50,138 nt of DNA from Moniliella sp. 'wahieum' (taxonomy: Eukaryota), in contig RSEE01000128.1 in the NCBI GenBank assembly GCA_003971905.1, positions 124,001 through 174,138 of the forward strand. Reading direction: 5' to 3'. Under the pieces are notes generated by a model that saw nothing but the letters and a program-made list of their open reading frames with translations, was not told where the DNA came from and ran no database searches. Each line of letters opens with the position of its first letter. The stretch's first letter is position 1. Positions 41,601 to 50,138 of the stretch are shown here, one piece after another. A program made the position numbers and the translations under genes.

Positions 41601-41897
41601 GGACCCTTGGCGTTGGATGTGGTGGAGCCTGAACGCCGAAAACGACGTGTACGATTTGCTCAAGAAACCCAAAAGATTGTTCGCTGTATACTAGAAGGAG
41701 TGTGGGGGCAATCTTGCGCGCGTCCAAAAAAATACGGATCGGAGTACCTCGGTGGCAGGCAGGGCGCTCAGACCTGGCAGGAGATTTCGGTCAACTATTT
41801 GGACGAGGAGGTGCGCCGTCAATACCAGCTAACCGAGCAGCAGCAGCCGTTCACCGCAAACGCCAAAATCTGCTGTGGAGCCCCCTCACCACAGTAA
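38688..41897 (+). mobile_element. Crypton-like tyrosine recombinase gene/element; probable intron 39953-40024
   Basis: GNPARTNEV, SSTAIRYWDL, box I WLRPSDVLGLTWRDI, DDYVFP, box II YGFRRGG, LYWWSG, LTLIRYVVD (Tyr codon 40482), followed by a Pro-rich linker and a C-terminal domain. No RT seen nearby; termini not found. Confidence 0.8.
41070..41190 (+). repeat. CCTGCTCCT-type 9-bp tandem repeat encoding the Pro/Ala linker of the recombinase
   Basis: Directly visible; translates as PAPPAPPA in ORF 40754-41359. Confidence 0.8.
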
Positions 41898-42340
41898 CTC
41901 AGAGTAATGGTTCCCGGTGCCCTTTTTGCTATTTCATTCGAACACAACGCTTTTGTTGCCGTCGATGGGCAGGTGCAGCACTCTTCCTTCGTCACCAATG
42001 CATGTGCACTTTGCTTTAGATTCGCGTCGCGTTGTATCGTCCTACTCAGGCGGAGACCTCAGTCCATATGGCATGTCCGGATAGATGCTGGTGCGGTGCC
42101 AACTCTCGTCTATCATGCTCAGGAACCCCCCCCCCCCCCCTCACCTCCGCTGGACGGCCTTTCTTCAAGCTCTTCGTCTTCGTCGGCCACCTATTCACTC
42201 TTCCCTATGACCTGGAAATATAGCGCCGAAGGATAAACTGGTCGTGATGATCAATCAATGTGGACGCTACATATACTCTGTATAGAGGCGGAGAGGGGAT
42301 GCAGTAGTACAAGACGAAGGTACATTGCTTCATGCAGTTT

Positions 42341-44400
42341 TCACCTGGTCCATGGGGAAGATGAAACATGCTCCATAGGCAAGAGGGAGGAGGGAGAAGT
42401 GACGTCCTTACTGGACGGAGTGGCCAGGGGGTTGACGAAGGGCTGCTCTGGCGATGCGGGCGCCTGCCACTCATACTCAGCCACATAATCCTCGATATCC
42501 ATCGGGAGAAGTAGGTTAAGAAACACGGCAACGATTGCGCTGATCAGGTAGGGAGTACTGAGCACGATCTCGATCGCGTTCAGGAAGCCCTGAAGGCCCT
42601 TGTTGTTGGTCGATACCGATGCAAAGAGGTAAGAAAAAAAGGAGGGAGCCAACACGTCGATCATCCCAAATGCAAGCGAACACGTGAGAATGAAGCGGTT
42701 GCGTCGCGTGTACTCTACCTCCTTTAACACTTTGAGACCCGAGATTACCACGCTGGCAAACAAGAACGTGGTTACCCCGCCCAGAATTGACTTGGGAATG
42801 GCCAAGAGGGCACCACTAATTTACCCAAGACCCCCATAAGTACCAACCAGAAACAGCACCAGTAGCCCGCTCGACGGTTCGCGATCCGAGTGAGGGCGAT
42901 CACGCCGTTGTTCTTTTTTCGATCATACAAAAGGCAAAGGTTAGAAACGGCATCCACAATGAAGAAGAACGACATACCTGGGAGAAGACTGTCATGGGGC
43001 AGCACGTAAAGAGGCCAGAGAGAATGCTGCCCAGTCCATCGGCCAACAGGCCGCCTTGCACCCTCTTGTCAAACAAGGCACCCGTGACGGGCTGTCGGGA
43101 AGCCTCCGCACTGGACGTGACATCGCCCAACTCCTCAATGCCCAAAATCAACGTGCACGCCAACAGTGGCAAGATCGCGGGACCGTACACGCGCAATGGG
43201 AACGTCGTGGTCCAGAGGAAGGTGATGGCCGGGGCCGAATCAATCGACGCTTTGGAAATGTACCCTGTCGGTCCGGCCACGAGGAGCGGAAGAAGAAGAC
43301 CGAGGACGACACTCATGTTGCGCATCACGGGCGACCCCACCATTTCTACCACGACAATCGTTGTCACGGCCAAGAAGCCCAGGCCCACGTATTCAGGGCT
43401 TCCCCACGGCAGCGTGCGCGGCGCGCCCCCGACCGAGGGCACACTTTGAACGCCCCCTCCTCGGGCCGGCCCATGCAGTTAGCCCCGCCGCCCCAATTGG
43501 GCGCGCCGGACGAACTGATCAGGCTGACCCCAATCAGGAGCACCACCGTGCCCGTGATGATCGGGGGGAAGATGCGTCGCAAGACGCGAGCCGGGACAAA
43601 GGACATAAACACCTCCAGCAGCGCAGTGAGCGCCGATGTACCAATCAAGTACCCGTACGCTTCGGGACACGCCAACCGGGTCACTGTTCCGTCGGCGGCC
43701 AAGGAGGTGGGACAGGTGCCATCTTTGTACATGACATCAAAGATCGAATCGGCCGTGCTGAGCACCGAGAATGAGATGCCGACGACAGTGAGGAGACCGG
43801 TTCCGATCTGGTAGCCAAAGGGTAACGGGATCCGAGCCATTTGCAGCGCTGACAAAAGGCCACTAGTGATCAAGGCGGCCGAGACCATGTATGCTTCGGT
43901 ATGCGTATCGAGGTGCAGCGCGGCGGCCAGGATCGTAGGTGGGGTGATGATGCCGGCAAGCATGGCGAGGCAGTGCTGCAATCCAAAATCATGGCCAACA
44001 GAATGGGCAGCTCGTCGTCCAGGCCATAAAACGGCATTTCTTCTTTGTCCTCGGCAGCACAGGTCACCTCCACCTCGTCCAATTGAACCTGCTGCTTCAC
44101 CTCGTACAGCGAGGGGCCTCCGTCCGGACATACCGAGATGGTGGGGTCGAGGCTGGATTTGGTGCCCCGGTGATCGGGATGGCCCGCGTGCTGATCGGCA
44201 ACGATGCGCAAGGCCTCGGCACGGCACGCGCGCGCGCGTTTCTGTCCCCAGGGCAGACGAGGGAGGAACAGGTGGCCCCAGTTGGTGGTGCCTAACCAAG
44301 CGTCGGAGGTGGTGAGGAAGCGTGCCTTGCGAACCAGGACGGAGGTGACTTGCCGTACACTCATCACGGCGTTGGCCTCTCTCCTCTCCTTGGGGGCCAT
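42341..44400 (-). CDS. NCS2/NAT uric acid-xanthine permease (UapA/UapC-like); intron 42913-42977
   Basis: LQHCLAMLAGIITPP, FPPIITGTVVLLIGVSL, NWGGG, LPWGSPEYVGLGFL, spliced NAT signature FSQNNGVIALTR, ILGGVTTFLFASVVISG, RRNRFILT. Confidence 0.93.
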
Positions 44401-44806
44401 CTTTCTTGTGCGAGCGGGAACAGCGAAAGTGGAAGGCAGAAAAACAATGTGAAGGGAAGGAAAAGCGAATAGAAGCGTCTCGTGCGAGCGTTTCTTTACT
44501 GCTTTTTGCTAGACTCGTGGGACACACGAGAGGGCATGACCTCAGGCCGGCTATTGATATATACCAGCAGCAGTGTCCTTGCGAATCGAGTATCGTATCT
44601 GTGTTTTGTTTCTTGTGGTACCAAAGGTGCTGACCAAGGTACAGCGTGCCTTGCGATGGCGACAACCGAGCTTCCTCCGAGCCTCTAACCCATCTACCGA
44701 TCTGAACACTAACTTGCCGCCCAATCTCCCTAATCCGTGCGCGGGGAAGAAGTACACACATTGGAGAAAAATTACTTCGGACAGTGTCCCGGTCCACAGC
44801 GCGCTG

Positions 44807-44841
44807 CTTATCTCTGACACGAGCGATAATGATCTCTTATC
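44807..44841. promoter_or_regulatory. Cluster of three GATA sites about 400 bp upstream of the purine permease
   Basis: CTTATC 44807, GATAA 44825, CTTATC 44836. AreA-type GATA control of uapA is established in Aspergillus; function here is inferred. Confidence 0.35.
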
Positions 44842-47800
44842 GGCGTCAATCTATTTGCACGCGTGGACGGTACTACTTTTGCAACTGGGTTTTGGACACG
44901 GATCGTCCTCATCGATGCCCGCACAGCACTCGGCCAATGCAGTCATGGAACGCGAACTATAGATAGGAACCCAGGTGCTTGCATATGCAGATTAGCCAGC
45001 CACCCGGACAATCTATTTATAGAGACAGTATTAGTAGTACTTAATGACTATGGGGACTGTGACATGTGATGCTAGTGCAATCGCCACCGTTACCACATAT
45101 AGTTTTCACACTCCCTCGCGCATCAATATTCTGTGTCATTCATGGTCTCACTCCCATCTTCAAGCTCCAAGCTTCAAAAGCTTCAAGCGTCTCAACTTGA
45201 TGGTTCAACGTTTAGCGTTTAACGTTTAACGTTCAACGCGTTAACGTTCAACGCGGTAATAACGTCGTTCAGCCGCGTCAAGCTAGCGCCAAGCTCTCGT
45301 GTGCACTGTGGCTAGGCATGCGGTGGTTCCTGAAACACAGTCATGAACTGGAAACTTGCCCTGGAAGCTTGAGCGCCCCGGCATGTACTGATTATGGGGA
45401 GAAACGGCTGTGTTGTCTGCGGGTTACACATTGCCTGCCAGTTAGTATCGACGGACTACCGTTTAACACATACAGATTTCTATTGCTGCTACTAAACGTA
45501 CTAACTGCAGCTACTGTCGCCGAGCAGTGACTAGCGTCTGTAGCGCGTGACGCGTGACGGGCGACCAGGACACGCGCTGGGCGCGCCTAAAGCTTAAAGT
45601 AACGCGCATTTCATTGTCACTTCTGGTTGTCCTCTCTTTCAGTAGAGCCTGAAGAGGAAGCTTGAAGTACATATACTTGAAGCGGTTGAAGCTTGATGGC
45701 ACCGTCAATTCGTACTCTCAGTAATGCGGACGAGACGGGGCCGTGCCTGTGGACGTTGCAATGAAAGCCATATTTTGTTTCTCCATCCAATTCAGCCTGG
45801 TCGAAAGGGGTTTTCTCCGTTGATTGCAGGCTATACGTTGAGTTATGCTGATGGGTGCACCTGCCTGCCCAGTGACTAGTGACTGCCCCGCGGGTATACA
45901 TCCGTACCGTCCCGATCGCTTATCCCCCGAATCTCAAACACGCGGCGCAGGCAACCCGAGCTAGGTTGCACTGTCTCGAGACGGAGGAGCCGACCAAAGT
46001 GCAAGTGATGGCGTGTGGGGATTTGCAATTTGCTTTGAATCCCACTTTTCAATCGCATTTTGAACACCCATCCACCATTCCCGCGGGCGGATCATCGATC
46101 ATCGAGATCATCAATCATCGGCCATGCTTTCACCATGCCTGTGTAACCGGTAACCGGTAACCCCTGTTGCTCGGTGTGGTGTCGACGAGTCGAGCGTATT
46201 CATAACAGCGGCGGGAACAGGCAGCCGTTCCTGGGCTTGGCAGCCATCATTCACTAGTAGTGACATTCACTCTGGTAAAGTTTGCAACTCTCTTCGGGCG
46301 ACGCACGCCTGCTCCATCACTCGGACTAACCACTGCGAGCAACGATCGCCGGCGCCGCGGCCCAGAGGCACCACTTGCGGTGCGTCTTCCGCCACCGCCA
46401 GCTTCCCGCCCGTTTCCAGCTCAGAGACCCGCAAGACAGCCTGCTACGCGTCCTCAACTTGTTCCCCTGGCGCTTGGGCATGGATCAGGGGGAAAAAGCA
46501 GTCCGACAGGGTGTGATTCTCATGCATTACACGCCGACAGGTACTTCGGAGAATGAACGTACCAAGCATACCCCATCCCCTCCAGCCAGCCGGGTCTTGG
46601 GGCGAGCGTCCCGCTCGCCATGCTGGTCGGCTACGCTCCACCAAACCTCTGCAATCGGCCGCGTGATGAGGACGGGTGTCTTGATTTGGCCACACCATTT
46701 TCGGCACCGACATGCCCTCAATGGGGCTCTGATGGCGCGGTTGACGCGTGACGACTCGAGCCGTCTACTCGGCAGCAACGTCGTATTTTGGCGGGCGAGC
46801 AGAACCGTCATGTCTTCCTTGTGCCATGCCGTGGAGCAGGATCGTATCCCTCTGGTGGGCGGGCCGATCACCTGGTCCTCCCATACGTTCGCTTCGCTGC
46901 GCAAACCGATGTTTTGGCGCGGTGGGTAAGGCCAAGATGAGGAAGCAGCAACACTCTGCCTAAACCGACAGACACGGGGATGACAACTTGGTCCTACCAT
47001 TGACCAACCACATTGTCACCATCGTCGCGCCTGATGACTTGTACATCGTGGCATTGCTGCTCACCTGCCGAGGGAGTTTGGATCGCGCCAGATCCAATCA
47101 GCGTCTAGAGGGAAGCAGATGACGGAGGGTTTGCTGCAAGCACCCACTGCAACAGGAACGACCGATGCGGCAACGGGAGGCCATTTATACGAGTGGCTTG
47201 ATCCGCACTCGTGGCGCGCAAGAAGATCACTCGGGTGTTCCTAGCCTCAATGCAGAAGCAACATTGCGCTTGCACATTTTGCAAGCTGTGTTTTAAGTCG
47301 AGCGATGTAACACACTGGAATCTTTTCTTTTTCCTTCGGGCCCTTTGCCTCGGTCGCATTCAGTATGAAATCCAGCCGACGGACAATCTCCCGCGCTCTC
47401 CCTTGGACTTGATTCCCATCTGGGAGAAGAGGGGAGAGAGCGCTTAATATGCAGCCGTAGGATATTGGCTCCAAGACGAAACGGAGCTTGGAAGCGCTTG
47501 ACTTGGCAGCTTCCACAGCGTTCTTGGGGAGTGGCCAAGTGCGAAGCGATTCCGAACCATTAACATATCCCACATACATGAAAAGCGCGGTACTGGCTTG
47601 ATCCACTTTCTTGCCCTAGTGGTCAGATCATCTTGTTTATCGTCTCCGACTGTACGACAGTGCCTGTAAGTTCGGACCCGCAAGTCAGCACGTCACACCA
47701 GAAGAAGTGATGGGGGGTCATCGTACATGTTGGACCAATAACGCGAATCATGACCCCGATATTGAGTCGGGCCGTGCAGATGATCGGTCTCGGCTTTGGC

Positions 47801-49869
47801 ATGGTGATATACAAGGAAGGTAGTTATTGCTAGCCATCGGCGATCCTTGGCCCAAGGGGGTGGGATTGGCCCTCAGGCGCATGGAGCTTTCCTTGCCTTC
47901 ATATTCAACCCCAGCCTCAGGAGTATCGTTGGTGGTGGCACCAGTGCTGCCAGCATCCGCAACCCATACATCAGTAGCGTCCTTAGCGCAGAGCCACAGC
48001 CCACGTCAGAATCCGCCCGACACATCGGATAGGGGCCCAAAGGAGGGGGGGGGTTCATATCTTGCTCCGAGTCCAGAGAGGAAACGCACTGCCAACATAG
48101 TTTGGCGCCTCAAGCTGCACCATCGCACAGGAAGGACCGCAAATCCAGCCCCCAATATTGCAGTTCCCACAGGGCCTGTTGGCGGCTAACGATGTGCTCA
48201 TGAGCAACGCATCCGGCTTGGTGCGCAGCGAGAGGAGAGAAGGGCGAACAGGCAGCAAAGACACGAGGCGCAGCAGCGGTCCCAAAGTGTTGGTTGGTGG
48301 TGGAAAAGCAAAGCCGCCCAGACGCGACGGATCAAATTCGGCGCGGCGCTAGGGTTATTGGCGGCGTGACCGGTGACCGCAGCCAGTGTGGATGATCGAT
48401 GATTGCGACTGCTTTTCGCCTTCGCACCCACATCGGCACCGCACTCGCGCCCCTGGCGCCTGGCCGCGCAGCACCACCCCTCGCTAGCCCGTCCTTACCT
48501 GGCCAGGAATCGTACCCTCCCGATTCTTGCGGCGGCAGCCCTGTCGGAGCCGCTTCGCGGAGGCGGTCGATTGTTGTTCGCCGGCGGCTGCTTTTGTGTC
48601 GGTTACCATCTTCTCTCGCTGCGGCCAAGAGATACACCGCCCACGCTTCCCCCTTCCACTAGAGCAACCCTCCAGATCAGCACTGGCAGGAAGCGCTGCA
48701 GATGGCTTGGAAGGCGCCCACCATGTTGGCCAGGCGTAGCTGGCTACCCCGCAGGGTTGGCGCCCGGCACCTAAACCAGGCCGATACAATGCGACACTCC
48801 TTTCGCACGTCCCTGCCCGACCAAAGCGCAATCATGCTCTTCCGTGCTGACCCCACCGAAGGGAGAGCGGCACCCGCACTTACCTTGCGAGTGCCCATCG
48901 TCAAGTGATGCAGGGCCTGTGCGTCCACCGCGTACGCTCGCAGCCTGGCAAACGTGTACTGACCCAGCCAGATTCCTCGTTGTGTGAGCACGTATGCCAC
49001 AGTTACTTCTGGTGCGGGTTCGATCTGCTGTGGCTGTCAGCACTCGCGCTGTGCAAAGAACGTGGGTAACGTACCGCCATCAAACCTGGGCCGCAAGGCA
49101 GCGAAGCAAGAGTCGTAAGCGAACAATGCCGACAGATGGCGGCAAGGGATGAATCACTGAGGGGCTCGTCGACACTGAGCCATGGTGAATCGATTCTTGA
49201 AGGGTGTGTTTGTCCGGGGGTCAGGTGGATAGGCGGGCGAGCTACAGTGGCGAGACAATGGCACCGAGGGTTGCGTTGGTCAGCGCGTGTTGATATGGAC
49301 TAGTACGAGATGTTCCACAAGGGCATCCCCGCTAGTATGGAGCCCCAGACCACATTGGCGAACATGACCTGTTTTTCTTTGCCTTGTGAAGAATCTCCGC
49401 CGCGGGTCAGGCAGGGGAGATGGATCGGAAGCCGCCCCGACGGCCTCGAGCTGGACTGCTCGCCTCTCGCTATCGGCCTGCTCGCCTTCCGATCCACCCT
49501 GATCCTTTCCTGTTCCGTCCTCATCATCCTCACCCGACGTCAACCCCTTGTCAGATCCGCCGGGCAAGGGGGGTAAGGCCTCCCCCAACAGCAACCCTGT
49601 GCGCAAAGACAGAGTTGAGCGCTGCCCTCCGCGTCGACCGGCGCAGCGGCCCCAGTGACCACCCACGACCACGACCGCGCTTGGCGCTGGCATCTTGACC
49701 ACCGCCAAAAAACTCCTCCACCGATTCGGAGGGGGAGTAAACATGAGAAGACTTCCTTCCGGATGAACACGTGCGCTTGCCGGGGCTATCAAAAGCTGCT
49801 GCTGCCGCTGCTAACCCGAACCGTTCGCCACGACGTCCTCTGCGCTGCATTCGACCTGCGCAGGGGTAC

Positions 49870-50037
49870 TCATTTCTTCCAAGCAATCGACCGGATCGAC
49901 GCATCAATCAAGTCTTGGCACTGGCCACATCGGTGGCCGGGGATGCGGCACAGGCCGCACTTCTTGCCTCCAGTCGCTGTTTGTTGGCAGACCATTGCCG
50001 TATGCCTGCACCGCTCGCATTGTCGAGGGCGCATCAT
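49870..50037 (-). CDS. Zn(II)2Cys6-like motif ORF, likely a fragment of a longer gene spanning about 49280-50130
   Basis: MMRPRQCERCRHTAMVCQQTATGGKKCGLCRIPGHRC fits C-x2-C-x6-C-x9-C-x2-C-x6-C; 55 aa and absent from the supplied ORF track. Confidence 0.55.
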   Translation of the reverse strand: MMRPRQCERCRHTAMVCQQTATGGKKCGLCRIPGHRCGQCQDLIDASIRSIAWKK

Positions 50038-50129
50038 CGTCAATCAACCGTTCTGCCCAGAAGTAGTCGCCAAGCCCGTCCTAGGGCTGTGGTTTCGCAA
50101 CGTAGTAGATATGTGCATCCCATAAGGCT

Positions 50130-50138
50130 TTAGGGTTA
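50130..50138 (+). repeat. Possible start of the (TTAGGG)n telomere tract
   Basis: Window ends in TTAGGGTTA with the G-rich strand running towards the end; only 1.5 units visible. Confidence 0.45.

Noticed and set aside
46300..49280. Telomere-linked RecQ helicase
   Set aside because: No convincing Walker A, DExH or other helicase motifs in the frames examined.

Overview
Eukaryotic, GC-rich fungal DNA, probably a basidiomycete with few, short GT(A/G)(C/T)GT...CTRAC...YAG introns. It probably reaches a chromosome end, since the window stops in TTAGGGTTA. Nearly every gene, including essential ones, carries single-base frameshifts, which points to an unpolished long-read assembly, so gene coordinates are stitched and approximate. 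Genes in order: GH128 glycoside hydrolase (partial), RPL11 with a 5'UTR intron, Msn2/Seb1-like C2H2 factor, M20 amidohydrolase, Ssb-type Hsp70, S53 tripeptidyl peptidase, intron-containing tRNA-Lys(CTT), prefoldin 3, MFS protein, triple-KH RNA-binding protein, a Kin4/CAMK-like kinase-fold protein, FET4 permease, a Crypton-like tyrosine recombinase gene, a UapA/C-type NCS2 permease, and an unidentified terminal region with a Zn2Cys6-like motif. Most notable: (1) intergenic arrays with 7-bp periodicity, each built from a different A-N4-T palindromic hexamer plus one base; (2) the Crypton-like element; (3) a pseudokinase with every catalytic motif substituted; (4) a candidate box C/D snoRNA in the SSB intron; (5) a Zn-cluster ORF next to the telomere-like end.
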